This document shows, piece after piece, positions 1 through 12,495 of a DNA stretch of 64,000 bases (its first letter is position 1; every line of letters begins with the position of its first letter). The notes under the pieces were generated by a model. The model had not been told where the DNA came from. It saw only the letters and a program-made list of their open reading frames with translations, and made no database searches. This DNA is from Octopus bimaculoides (lineage: Eukaryota): positions 50,242,893 through 50,306,892 of the forward strand of contig NC_068982.1 in the NCBI RefSeq assembly GCF_001194135.2, read 5' to 3'. Both the position numbers and the translations under genes were made by a program.

Positions 1-58
<58 letters not shown>

Positions 59-173
59 CGCACACACACAAACACGCACACACACGCGCACGCACACACA
101 CGCGCACGCACACACACACACTCGCTCATAAATACATACATATACATACATGCATACATTGGTACACATACAC

Positions 174-209
<36 letters not shown>

Positions 210-340
210 GTGTGTGAGTGTGTTTGTTCATATATATGTGTGTGTATGTATGTATGTGTGTGTGTGTGTATTTATATATATATGTATGTATGTATGTAAT
301 ATATATTCATATATATTTATACATATGTATGTATGTATAA
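1..340. repeat. Compound (CA)n/(TA)n/(TATG)n microsatellite
   Basis: Directly visible dinucleotide and tetranucleotide runs. Confidence 0.95.
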
Positions 341-738
341 CAGTGGAAATTAAGAAAGATGTTATCCATCAGCTGAACTAACCAAAACTTTTCCCTATGC
401 TAAATAAATGATATTAAAACTAAAGTAATTAATATTTTAATATTACCAATGTAAGCTACTGGTAGTGAATACGTAGAAAGGGGAAGGATAACGTTTACAG
501 GAATCCCATTTGCAGAGACAGAAAACTCTCATGAAACGAAAAAATTAAGATCTTAAATCAATTAAATGGACAAACCACAGACAGAGGAAATTTACATTAA
601 GAATGTGTATCATAGACATGCATATACAACAAAATATAAGCTCCCGTAAAGGGCGAGAAAGCAGTAAAAAATGCTCGAGCTCTAGAAAACATAAAATATG
701 AACCTAATTTTTTTTTGTACAGGTTTTCATAACAAATA

Positions 739-1213
739 CAGTAATACCTCAGTTTACGAGGATCCGCTGTACGAGACCCCGGGTTAACGTGTTTTATTTT
801 ATAATAAATATAAATTTTGAATGAAGTGCAAAAGTTTCTACTACCGTAACAAATGCTTCTAGACTTGTTTTTTTAAAAAGAAGTCTACAAGTCTGTTTAC
901 GAGTGCTTGTGAATCGGCAATCGTGTCTACAAGTGATGATGCGTACGAGTCTTGTATGAGTGAAAGTGATTCAGAAAACGATTATAATAATAATATTTTT
1001 TATTTTAAATGATCTTGACATTCTTTTCATTTTACATAAAATATTCTTTACATTCTACTGTTGTTTTATTACCATTTGTTTGCGAGTACTATAAATTTTA
1101 TAGGTAAGATATTTTTCTGGGAACGAATTACAATTTATAAAATTGCTACTATGGGAAATTATTACTTTACGAGTTTTCGGGAACAAATTAAATCGTATAT
1201 CGAGGCAGTACTG
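739..1213. mobile_element. Tigger/pogo-like MITE (~475 bp)
   Basis: Imperfect TIRs CAGTAATACCTCAGTTTACGA vs reverse complement CAGTACTGCCTCGATATACGA (16/21), flanked by TA at 737-738 and 1214-1215; CAGTA.. ends with TA TSD are typical of pogo/Tigger. Confidence 0.7.
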
Positions 1214-1616
1214 TACTTTCATTGCTCTAGAACAGGGCTTATCTTTTATCTTTTATTTTATTTTTGTTTCAGTCATTAGGCTGCGGCCATACTGGGGCAC
1301 CACCTTGAAGTGTTTTTAGTCNNNNNNNNNNNNNNNNNNNNNNNNNNNNNNNNNNNNNNNNNNNNNNNNNNNNNNNNNNNNNNNNNNNNNNNNNNNNNNN
1401 NNNNNNNNNNNNNNNNNNNNNNNNNNNNNNNNNNNNNNNNNNNNNNNNNNNNNNNNNNNNNNNNNNNNNNNNNNNNNNNNNNNNNNNNNNNNNNNNNNNN
1501 NNNNNNNNNNNNNNNNNNNNNNNNNNNNNNNNNNNNNNNNNNNNNNNNNNNNNNNNNNNNNNNNNNNNNNNNNNNNGGTGATGGACAAACAGACACACAC
1601 ACAGATACAGACAGAT

Positions 1617-1659
<43 letters not shown>

Positions 1660-1675
1660 CATACACATATACATA

Positions 1676-3108
1676 CAAGGGTTGCACAAAATAATGGAAA
1701 CACCTTAAAAAATTTCAAATAAATTAATTTTAATATGGGGTAGGACTGCCTCTGGCAGTAATTACAGCTTGAATTCTACGAGGTATGGACTCGTACAAAG
1801 TTTCATTTGTTTCCAAATGAATTTTTGTCCATTCTTCAGCTAAAACAGTCTACAGTTCTTGTAGTGATGATGGTGGAGGATATCGACTCCTTACTTGTTT
1901 TTCTAAAATGCACCATAAATGTTCAATAACATTGAGATCTGGCGACTGTAGTGGCCAGATAATATACTCAGCTTCACTAGAATGTTCCTCGTGCCATTCA
2001 GTAACAACTTTAGCTGTGTGAGTTGGTACATTATCATCCTGAAAGACTGAGTTTCCCTCCGAAAATAATTCCGCAACCACAGAATGAATTTGATCATATA
2101 AAATGCATAAATAGTCTTGACTATTTAATTCTGCCATTGGGCCGGCAGATTTCCAAGATATAGCCCCATTCCCCAGATCATTACAGATCCTCCTCCATGT
2201 TTAACAGTTGGAAGAAAGCAGTCTAGGTCAAATGTTTCTTTTGGCTGTCTCCAGACGTAAACTCGGCCGGTGATCGGAAATAAAGTAAAGGATGACTCGT
2301 CCGAGAAAATAAAATTCTTCCACTGCTCTAGGGACCAATTCTGTAGGTTTTACTCCACTCTAAACGCTTTGCAACGTTTGTTTTTGAAAATAGTGGTTTT
2401 CTGATTGCAACCCTCCTGTGAAATCCGGCTTTGTACAGCTCCCGGCAAACAGTTTTTGTGGAAACTGGGTTCTCGAGGTGGTCATTGAGCTCTGTAGTAA
2501 TTTTGGGAGCTGTANNNNNNNNNNNNNNNNNNNNNNNNNNNNNNNNNNNNNNNNNNNNNNNNNNNNNNNNNNNNNNNNNNNNNNNNNNNNNNNNNNNNNN
2601 NNNNNNNNNNNNNNNNNNNNNNNNNNNNNNNNNNNNNNNNNNNNNNNNNNNNNNNNNNNNNNNNNNNNNNNNNNNNNNNNNNNNNNNNNNNNNNNNNNNN
2701 NNNNNNNNNNNNNNNNNNNNNNNNNNNNNNNNNNNNNNNNNNNNNNNNNNNNNNNNNNNNNNNNNNNNNNNNNNNNNNNNNNNNNNNNNNNNNNNNNNNN
2801 NNNNNNNNCATTACTTTCGAGACAGTACTTCTTGATACACCAAACATTTCGGCTGTTTTCGTTACACCAGCGACTGCCATACGAGCACCAACAATTTGAT
2901 CTCTTTGAAATTCCGATAGATCTGTCGTTTTAATGAATTTTAATTCTGATGATATCTGAAAAGAAACAGCAATTTTAGCAAAACATATTAAGCAACACTA
3001 ATAATAAATCAAAAAAACATAAAATAAACAAGCTTTAGATGGTTTTATAGATATTCCAAAATTATGATGCTATGATGCTAGGTGTTTCCATTATTTTGTC
3101 CAACCCCG
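1676..3108 (-). mobile_element. Tc1-family DNA transposon relic (DD36E spacing)
   Basis: TIRs C(A/G)(A)GGGTTG(C/G)ACAAAATAATGGAAACACCT at both ends, TA at 1674-75 and 3109-10; internal N gap 2515-2808. Confidence 0.9.
1850..2880 (-). pseudogene. Tc1 transposase, frameshifted
   Basis: HTH-like AEMFGVSRSTVSKV; FSDES (first D, ~2290); KHGGGSVMIWG; FQDDNVPTH...WPLQSPDLNVIEHLW with 36 residues between the second D and E. Confidence 0.9.
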
Positions 3109-3239
3109 TATGTTTACATATACGACGGGCTTCTTTCAGTTTTCATGTAACAAATCCACTCAAAAGGCTATGATCCACTCAAAAGCTATGTGTTCCTTTC
3201 TCTCTCTCTCTATATATATATAATCTTTTTTCATTTTTA

Positions 3240-3605
3240 ATTCTTTCATTCATTAAACTGCGGTCATGGTTGGGGACCACTTTAAAAGAATTATGGTCGA
3301 CTGTATCGATCCCAGTACTATTTTCTTTTTAAGCTTGGTACTTACTCTATCGATTTCTTTTGCCGAACCACAAAATTATGGGGACGTAAGCACACTAAAC
3401 GGTGTTAGGATACACAAACACATATACACATATGCACACACATTCTCTTTCTCTCTCTCTCTTTCGCTTTCACACACACACATACACGATGAGCTTTTAG
3501 TTTCCGTCTACCAAATTGACTCACAAGGCTTTCGTTGACTCGAGGTTGTCGTGTGGAAGACACTCATTCAAGGTGCCACGCACTGGCACAGAACCTGGAA
3601 CCGAT
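3240..3605 (-). mobile_element. SINE family A, degenerate
   Basis: Tail, central CA/CT tract and head motif TTTCCGTCTACCAAA..CACAAGGCT..CAAGGTGCCACGC all match other copies in the window. Confidence 0.8.
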
Positions 3606-3673
<68 letters not shown>

Positions 3674-3690
3674 NNNNNNNNNNCATACAT

Positions 3691-3749
<59 letters not shown>

Positions 3750-4374
3750 TCGGGTTCTGTGAATTCTTGAGGTGACGTAACCCATAATGAGAACCATCGT
3801 CCAATTCCAATGAAAAAGTAGATCGAGAAAAATTAAGGACTTCTAGACAATGCTGAATTAGATATTTATTATTAGTGATAGCTAATGGCAAATTTATTCC
3901 TTTCAAACACCCAAAACCTCAGCGGCAGAAAGAAACTACAACTATTGTGCGGATGTTTCATCTCTCATACTTCATAGAACATCTTGAATGCATTTGTACT
4001 GTCGCAGTCTAGCCTGTCATTGTTGAAGTTCTTATGCTTTGCGGGGGAAAAGAAATCTGATGTTCCGAGCAATGAGAATATAGGATTATTGTTTCCCTAC
4101 GGCATACAAACGTATCTAAATTTGTGAGATTTTCTACTAAGGCAGATCTTCATTAGTTTCCTCGAAGTCTGTGTCTCAATGCACATATGTTGCCTTGCAG
4201 ACATTTGCAATGTTCCTGAATGTAGCCGTTCAAAGACGCCAATCGGCCAATCCTAGGCGACATTTTGTCTGAATGCAAACCAAACTTCCTTGACAGTATT
4301 CAACCGGCATTGCGGGCGCATCTCTCTAGTCTGTCCGAAAGACGAATGATGATATCAAATAGATTTGAATATTT

Positions 4375-5836
4375 AGGTGCAGGCGTGGCTGTGTAGTATG
4401 AAGCTTGTTTCACAACCACAAGATTCCGAGTTCAGTCCCACTGCGCGGCACCTTGGCCAAACGTCTTCTACTATAGCCACGGGCCGACCAAAGCCTTGTG
4501 AGTGGATTTGGTAGACGGAAACTAAAAGNNNNNNNNNNNNNNNNNNNNNNNNNNNNNNNNNNNNNNNNNNNNNNNNNNNNNNNNNNNNNNNNNNNNNNNN
4601 NNNNNNNNNNNNNNNNNNNNNNNNNNNNNNNNNNNNNNNNNNNNNNNNNNNNNNNNNNNNNNNNNNNNNNNNNNNNNNNNNNNNNNNNNNNNNNNNNNNN
4701 NNNNNNNNNNNNNNNNNNNNNNNNNNNNNNNNNNNNNNNNNNNNNNNNNNNNNNNNNNNNNNNNNNNNNNNNNNNNNNNNNNNNNNNNNNNNNNNNNNNN
4801 NNNNNNNNNNNNNNNNNNNNNNNNNNNNNNNNNNNNNNNNNNNNNNNNNNNNNNNNNNNNNNNNNNNNNNNNNNNNNNNNNNNNNNNNNNNNNNNNNNNN
4901 NNNNNNNNNNNNNNNNNNNNNNNNNNNNNNNNNNNNNNNNNNNNNNNNNNNNNNNNNNNNNNNNNNNNNNNNNNNNNNNNNNNNNNNNNNNNNNNNNNNN
5001 NNNNNNNNNNNNNNNNNNNNNNNNNNNNNNNNNNNNNNNNNNNNNNNNNNNNNNCATCAGCTGCCACCATTCTAACACAGGCGTTTCGAAGAGTTAGGGC
5101 AGGACACAACGTTAAAATGGCTCTTCCCACGGACCACAAATTAAATTTGTACCATGGAGGAATGTAGTGGTAGACAGAAAACAAGACAGGAAAGCAAACG
5201 GAAAAGGCAATACGGCCAGACGTGAAAAAATATGTGTATATTGAACGCTGTGAAGCAACGAACTGGAAGGAAGCGGGACGAAGTAGGTTCGTATGTTTGC
5301 TTGGCGATAGCCAAGGAAGAAAATAATTAGTAACTGGACACATGTGACCAGTGAGGGGTAAGGAGAGAGAGTGATAGAGGGAAAAAACAAGGGGAGGAAG
5401 TAGAAAATAGGTGAGCAACGAGAGAAAGAGAGGAAGAGAGAGATATAGTAGTAACAGAAGGAAGAACGAGAGGGGGAAAGAGAGAGATATAGTAGTAACA
5501 GAAGAAAGAATGAGAGGGGGAAAAGATATAGAGATAGAGTCGCGTCAGAAAATATAAAGTTCAAAATATACTTGCAGGGATGACGCGTGCGTTCGATCAT
5601 GTAAAACAAATAATAAATGAGTATACGCAATAATATGTGTGTCTTTGTGTCTGTTTGTCCCCCGCCACCGTTTGACAACCGGCGCTGGTATGTTTACGTC
5701 ACCGTAATTTAGCAGTTCAGTAAACACAGAACCGATGGAATAAGTACAAGGTTTAAAAAAAATAAGTACTAGTATCGATTCACTCGACTAAAAAATTCCT
5801 CAAGGCAGTGTCCCAGCATGGCTACAGTCTAATAAC
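4375..5836 (+). mobile_element. SINE family A split by a nested ~600-bp repeat
   Basis: tRNA-like head 4375-4528 (TGGCTGTGTAG A box, GAGTTCAGTCCC B box), gap, nested repeat, then tail 5635-5836 ending CCCAGCATGGCTACAGTC. Confidence 0.7.
5055..5630. repeat. Dispersed non-coding repeat, copy 1 (Penelope-LTR-like; left end in gap)
   Basis: Colinear, highly similar to 55380-55990 (e.g. GCGTTTCGAAGAGTTAGGGCAGGAC...TGACGCGTGCGTTCGATCATGTAAAACAAA). Confidence 0.85.
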
Positions 5837-5854
5837 CGTATACATATATATATC

Positions 5855-6165
5855 TTCATTTCTTTTACTTGTTTCAATCATTTGACGGCGGCCATGCTGG
5901 GGCACCGCCTTTAGTCGAACAAATCGACCCGAGAACTTATTCTTTGTAAGCCTAGTACTTATTCTATCGGTCTCTTTTGCCGAACCGCTAGATGACGGGG
6001 ACGTAAACACACCAACATCGGTTATCAAGTGATGGTGGGGTGACAAACACAAACACACACACAATTATATACATACATATAAACATGACGGACTTCTTTC
6101 AGTGTCCGTCTAGCAAATCCACTCACAAAGGCTTTGGTCGGCTCGAAGCTTTTGTAGAAGACACT
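5855..6165 (-). mobile_element. SINE family A, head-truncated
   Basis: GCGGCCATGCTGGGGCACCGCCTTTAGTCGA...CTATCGGTCTCTTTTGCCGAACCGCTA...ACGGACTTCTTTCAG match 6871-7278. Confidence 0.85.
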
Positions 6166-6870
6166 TGTATGTATGTAGGTATGTTTGTATGTATGTGCCT
6201 ACGTATGTATAAGAACAGATAAATCACTTATTTCAAACGTCTAGTTAGATGCATACGAATTATTAATGTCATTTTCTGTCTTAATTAATTTTAACTGATA
6301 GAGGTCAGCCATATCGAAACTAATCAGCCTGGCGTCAAATAGTATAGAGATCTGCTCTAAACAACTTTTGGTTTTTTTTTAAAACCTCCCGTCGTTAATT
6401 TTGTCTGCTACGTTTTCAATAAACTTTTCACTATTGAGGCGTTTCCTTTCTGAGGCATCGATATTCCTTCATTATTACCATTGTTGATCTTTACACGCAC
6501 GCGCACACACGTACACACACACACACACACACACACACATGTCCGCGCTCGCGCGCGCGCACATATGCACACATGCACGCGCGTGCACACAATTGCACAC
6601 ATATAGACACATATACATACGCGTACGCATCTCGCACACGGACAAACACATTAATAAGTTCATACATATTATGTGTATGTTTACTATGTACGTTATGCAT
6701 ATATGCATAGTCTTGGATGTGCCGTTAAGAAGCCTGCTTTGCAACCAGCCACCTGACTCCTGGCTCAATCCCACTGCGCGGCACTTGAGGCAAGTGACTT
6801 CTACCATAGTCTCGAGCTGACCAATTGTCGAGCAGTGACGGGGGACAAACACATACACACACACATAAAC

Positions 6871-7278
6871 TCTTTTACTCTTTTGCTTGTTTCAGTCATT
6901 TGACTGTGGTTATGCTGGAGCACCGCCTTTAGTCGAGAAAATCGACCCCGGGACTTATTCTTTGTAAGCCTAGTACTTATTCTATCGGTCTCTTTTGCCG
7001 AACCGCTAAGTGACGGGGACATAAACACACCAGCATCGGTTGTCAAGCGATGTTGGGGGGACAAACACAGACGCACAAACACACACAAATATATATAAAC
7101 ATATACATATATACGACGGGCTTCTTTCAGTTTCCGTCTACCAAATCCACTCACAAGGCTTTGGTCGGCCCGAGGCTATAGTAGAAGACACTTGCCCAAG
7201 GTGCCACGTAGTGAGAATGAACCCGCAACCATGTGGTTGGTAAGCAAGATACTTACCACACAGCCACTCCTGCGCCTA
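6871..7278 (-). mobile_element. Near full-length tRNA-derived SINE (family A; CORE-like body, probably related to the octopus OR-type SINEs)
   Basis: Minus strand reads TAGGCGCAGGAGTGGCTGTGTGG (A box)...GGGTTCATTCTC (B box)...CCTTGGGCAAGTG (CORE-like), central CA/TA tract, tail ending GACTGAAACAAGCAAAAG. Confidence 0.9.
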
Positions 7279-7299
7279 TATACATATATATGCTACGGA

Positions 7300-7450
7300 C
7301 TTGCACACAGTGAACTAGATCCACTCACAAGGCATTGATTGATGGACCCTGGACTATAGTGAAAGATACTTGTTTAAGGTGCCGCGCTGTGGAACAGAAC
7401 CAGGAACCATGTGGTTAGGAAGCAAACTTCAGAACACACAGCACGCCTAT
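7300..7450 (-). mobile_element. SINE family A head fragment
   Basis: CCACTCACAAGGC..GGACTATAGT..AAGGTGCCGCGC..GAACCATGTGGTTAGGAAGCAA; a similar fragment lies at 9765-9870. Confidence 0.75.
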
Positions 7451-7994
7451 TTATTTTTTGGATTTTTGCTTTTGCTTTTTTTATTTTTTTTCACGCTTAC
7501 TGTTTATCCCGTCCTCTTTCACGTGTCAGTTTTCTTCAATTCTATCGGGTTTCCATTTTGTACAGTCTAGCTTTGGTACTCTTCCTGTTTCCTTTCTTCA
7601 ACCGCTTCCCTTTATTTCCTATCTACTTCCCCTTATTTCTCGCCCACGAAACCTGTTTCTCTTTCACGTATAGCAGTGAGTGAACGAAAAGAAGATGGGT
7701 AGAATAGAGGAAGACACAGAAACGCCTACATTCACTTATATTTCATAGCAATACCTTCCTTGTTCCGTTTTATATCATTCTACCATCACTTGTTGCTGTC
7801 TACTATTTCATATCTGCTTTTTCAATGTTATTTTTTCTTTACCAATCTTCCTTTTCTTCTGTCCCTTATAATTCTTTCAGCCCTTTTGTTAACTTTAGGT
7901 TTTTAACTCTAATTTTTTATATATGTCTGTCTATCTCTGTCTCTCTGTCTCTCTCTCCTCTTTCTCTCTCACTCACTCTCTCTATCTCTCTCTT

Positions 7995-8048
<54 letters not shown>

Positions 8049-8599
8049 AATTCACTCTCAAACTGGTGCCGATATAGATTGGCACCAATGTCGTATTGTG
8101 AGTTTGATTCCCAGACCAGGCTGTGTGTTGTGTTCTTGAGCAAGGAAATCTATTTCACGTTTACCCAGTTCACTCAGCTGTAGAAATGAGTTGTTGCGTC
8201 ACTGTTAGTGTATATGCTTTCATTCATGTGCGTTAACTACAACATTAGAGCGGTTTAGCTCTTATTTCTAGCAATGTAAATGTTTCCTAACACCAGAGTC
8301 GTATTTTGTGACATTTGTAACCCTCCTTTTTCGCGAAACATTACAAACTGCTATTTATATTAATTATATGTATGTATGTATGTTTATATATCTATGTGTG
8401 TATGTGTGTATGTGTATGTGTATGTATGTATGTATGCATGCATGTATGTATGTGTGTGTATGTATAAGTGTTTATATATATATATTTATATATATTTATA
8501 TATATATATATACATACACATGTACATACACACACACACATATATTTATACATATATACATGAATATATGTTTGTGTGAGCAAGTATGTATGTATATAT

Positions 8600-9439
8600 G
8601 TATGTATGTGTAATTTTTCAGTTTTACTTCAATATTCCTTTCCAATAGAGAAAGAGTCAGTTTCTAACCTAGATCCAAAGCGCCTTCATTGAAATTTCAA
8701 CATCAACAGAGTATTTTTGCATGTATATGTGTATATATACATTGCATGTGTATGTTCAACATTTGGAACCAGTGCATATACAGAATTCTGCTTTGTTTTA
8801 TGTATGTCTAGACATGCGCATATATACTTAAATGATAAACTTCTGGTAAGTTTTACGGATTTTTACAGTTCCAGTGATGCATGTATGTACATATGTTTTC
8901 TTCTGTTTTTGTTGATTTGAATTCTTCCTCTGTAGAAGGAGCTGGTTAGTAACAAAGATACTAAGCTCCATCGCTGAAACGTAGATAACAAAAAAAAAAA
9001 AAAACAGTTAGATTGTAAACTTGAGGAAAGACTTCCACGTCCTTACGGTTCCACTTCCAATAGTTTGTATTTGTAATGTGCGAGTAAGTTGGTTTATTTC
9101 TTTTCCTGAAAACCCTAGCTTATCTAGATTCTCACTTACGCATTTACTAACAAAACCAAGTACACCAATTTTTTATTGATATAAATGTGAATTCATAGTC
9201 TGCATATAAAAGTTAGAGCTTTCGAAGCAGCTGTCCGTATGTATGTATGTATGTATGTATGTATGTATGTATGTATGTATGTATGTATGTATGCATGTAT
9301 GTATGTACGTACGCACGTATGTATGTCATTGTTCAGTTTTATGTCAAGATTTTTTGCCAATAGAGAAAGAACTGGTTTCTAACCTATATCCAAGTCTCCT
9401 TCATTGGAATTTCAGCATCAACAACAAAAGATTTTTATT

Positions 9440-9471
<32 letters not shown>

Positions 9472-9600
9472 TGTATGTATGTATGCAGATTTGTATGTCT
9501 TGCTTTATGTATGTATTCTCATGCATGTAGTTGCATATCTAGACATGCTCATATATATTTAAATGACAAACTTATGGAAAGTTTTACAGCATGTGTGTAT
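8600..9600 (-). mobile_element. Two (TACA)n-associated modules containing the 3-prime end of a REL-type LINE
   Basis: 8720-8880 and 9485-9590 match 38860-38990 (TCTAGACATGCNCATATATANTTAAATGANAAACTT); each is preceded by CCAATAGAGAAAGA..TTTCTAACCT and embedded in TATG runs. Confidence 0.65.
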
Positions 9601-10485
9601 GTATGTATGTACGTATGTATGTCTCTTCTATTTTTTTTTAATTATCATAAATATTCCGCTGAGGAGAGAGCCAGTTTCCAACAAAGATGCAGGGGTTTCA
9701 TCTTTGGAATGGAGTTAACACAGACAAATTCACATTTGGAACTTGAGAAAAGTCTTGCATATTTTTACTCACAAGGCATTGATGGACCTGGGACTATAGT
9801 GGAAAACACATGCATAAGATGCCGTGGTGTGGAACAGAACCGGGAACCATGTGATTAGGAAGCAAACTATGTTATGTATGTATGTATGTATGTGAGTAGC
9901 CAATAGCATGAATGTGGATAACAAAGATGAAGAATGGTATACTAAATATTATACAGAAAAAATTTACTTGGCTCATCAGAAATTCTTAGCTTATTATAAC
10001 CATCTTCACTTCAACGCACAAGAAGCTGCGCAATAAAAAAGACAAGACAACTGAAATGGTAGTAGTAGTAGTAGTAGTAGTAGTAGTAATAGTGTTGTTG
10101 TTGGTGGTGGTGGTGGTGGTGTTGGTGGTGGTGGTGTAGGTGGTGGTGGTGGTGGTAGTAATATTAGTAGTAGTAGTAGTAGAAGCAGCGGCAGCGACGG
10201 CAGCAGCAATACCCAAATAATTCTTTCTATTTGATAAAGCCCCCCATAATTTCCAGTAGGCTAAAAGAGAATTGAATTTTTATCATCATCGTCATCATCA
10301 TCATCATCATTATCAATTTTCTTTTTATCATTATTATTATTATTATTAACAACGTTATTTCTTTTTTTTGCTTAAACAACAAGGTCGTATTTACTGACTG
10401 TGACCATTTTTTTTTTTTGCTGAGTAATGATTTGTGTACAACAGAAAATATTAACACAATAACAAGTTCAATCAAAACATATACC

Positions 10486-10516
<31 letters not shown>

Positions 10517-10536
10517 CATGTGTGTGTGTGCATGTG

Positions 10537-10597
<61 letters not shown>

Positions 10598-11270
10598 TGC
10601 GGTGGGTGTATGGAAACCAGTATGTGTAACTAGACACAAAACAACCGAGAAGAAAGAAAGGGGCTTAAGGAGTTGAAGGGGTTGATGGCTTTGAATTATT
10701 GTTGATATAATATGAAATAATATTAACTTTTCATCATGTTCTTTTTTTTTTTTTTGTTCTTGTTATATATTTTTTTTTCGTCCAATTAACGCCTTGGCGT
10801 GAAGGAAGATTGAATGTGATAAAGTAAAGCTTCTTGTTAGATATAGCTGTTTATTTATTTATTGATTTATCTACTGGAGTTTAGTGGGTTTATTTATTCG
10901 TTTATTATATTCTTTTATTCGTTTATTCATCAATTAATGTTTCTTTTTTCAAATAAAACTTTATATGAATGCGTTAAGTGTGTGTAATGTTCTCTTCCTT
11001 ATAAACAATCTTTCTGTTCAACCATCCATTGATTTGATTCATGGAATTCTCTCCAGTAAGGTTGTCTCTTGCTGGAGGAGACAAAGATAATGTAATTCAG
11101 GCGTTGCATCCAAAACATCTTGACAGACGCCACTGGAATTGGTTACAAGTTTTTCTGGTCAATCCTCAGTAAACATGATAAAAGACGAGAACAGAAGAAT
11201 ACTGACTAAATCAATGAAATACAACAAAGAGAGAGAGGGAAGGAAAGATGGACGAGAGAGAGAGAGAGAA

Positions 11271-11375
11271 ACGAGTAAAGGATGGGAAGGAGAGAGAGAG
11301 AGAGAAACGAGTAAAGGATGGCAAGGAGAGAGAGAGAGAGAAACGAGTAAAGGATGGGAAGGAGAGAGAGAAGGA
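11271..11375. repeat. 36-bp minisatellite, about 3 copies
   Basis: ACGAGTAAAGGATGG(G/C)AAGG(AG)n starts at 11271, 11307 and 11343. Confidence 0.9.
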
Positions 11376-11899
11376 AAGAAAGAAATGAAGGAAAAGCAGT
11401 ATTTTGTATTAATTTATCATTTTATCCTTCAGTAATTATTATTAAAATCAATTTCTTTCATCGTCATGGCTCGAATGATTTCCTGTCTTAAACGCTATAC
11501 AGCTGTCTTTTTTCCCTTTATTCCAATTTATTGACGAGATTTCCCTATTGAAACGTTCATGTACTGAAATCTCGTCTGTATGTATATATGTATGCGTATG
11601 TATGTTTAGTGTGAATATGGTGTTTAGTCTATTATATGTAACACTAAGCTGTGTTAGCAAATGGTAAAATGTTTGATGTAAAAAACAAATACTTTCATGA
11701 AATTAAAATTTAATTCCTTAATTACAATTAAGCTGTAAACTTATTTGAGGTTTAAATTGTCTTGAACTGATTGTTCATCGCGGATACAAAAATGATTTAT
11801 CGGGTCACGTAGACACATTAAGCAACACAGTTGAATATTAAATATTTTGATGGATCTCCCCTTGTTGACATCTCGATTTTGTAGAGCTTTCAACCTTCT

Positions 11900-12495
11900 G
11901 TGATTCTCAGTAAGTAATTTTCTAACAGCGTAGTCTTCACCATGTTGTCTCTTGAATGCATTATCAATCTCAAAACCTTTGAGGTTTGTTTTAGCGAATG
12001 CACTTAAAGCCTGTCTAATACTTCGAAACTAAACAATTCCTCTTTGTTAATATGTTGTTCAGGCAGGCGCCCACTCAACATATGAACCATATGCTTCACT
12101 CATCTGATTTAAATCTTCTACAGTAAGGTGAAGACGTTTTCATTATTGACTTCGACATTGTTATTTACCTTTCTCAGCTAAGTACAACTGAGATATTTAC
12201 TTTTCGGCTCTGTTCTTCTTTCTTTCATAATAAGACAGGGTTCTTCGCATTGTTTTCTGAGAATATTTTAAAACATTATCATAGTCTTTGGAGAATTTAT
12301 TATGAGACCGAAGTTATCACAGACTGCAGGTAATTTGTTTATACAGGTCTAACTGTTCTTATCTGCGATGGCATTAAGTGCACGTTCCTCACCAAAGAGA
12401 AAATATTTCACGTTTGTTTCTTTCAATTTTATGGCAACTTCCAAGCGCCTAGGGTTGTATAGTTTTCCATCAGGTCTGTATAGGGTGTTGAGGGT
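11900..12495 (-). mobile_element. RTE-clade LINE reverse transcriptase fragment, decayed and internally deleted
   Basis: Manual translation YRPDGKLYNPRRLEVAIKLKETNVKYFLFGEERALNA (RTE YR.DG.LFN..RL...LFADD motif) and MVHMLSGRLPEQ. Confidence 0.75.

Larger units (their letters stand above)
1258..3190 (-). mobile_element. tRNA-derived SINE (family A) split by the Tc1 insertion
   Basis: Tail motif TTTCAGTCATTAGGCTGCGGCCATACTGG at 1266, central CA/TA tract at 1590-1675, and the SINE resumes (TACGACGGGCTTCTTTCAGTTT) right after the Tc1 right TIR at 3120. Confidence 0.65.

Noticed and set aside
340-735. Possible LINE ORF1 remnant (RITFTGIPF)
   Set aside because: A single short motif among many stops; too weak to call
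3750-4370. Unique-looking segment with a TTGCAG acceptor at 4200
   Set aside because: All frames I translated on both strands close quickly and no motif was recognised
6295-6355. CTGATAGA...TCGAAACTA as a hammerhead
   Set aside because: Core spacing is wrong and stems I and III cannot form
7195-7278. tRNA-like sequences with A and B boxes (also 22184, 40729, 43120, 61400)
   Set aside because: They continue into SINE bodies and do not complete a cloverleaf, so they are SINE heads rather than tRNA genes
9659-9710. CTGAGGA core followed by GAGAGCC (similar case at 41790)
   Set aside because: No GAAA-stem III-NUH downstream; at best a remnant
11020-11200. Short peptide-like frames (MEFSPVRLSLAGGDKD...)
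   Set aside because: Under 45 codons, with no convincing splice pair or homology
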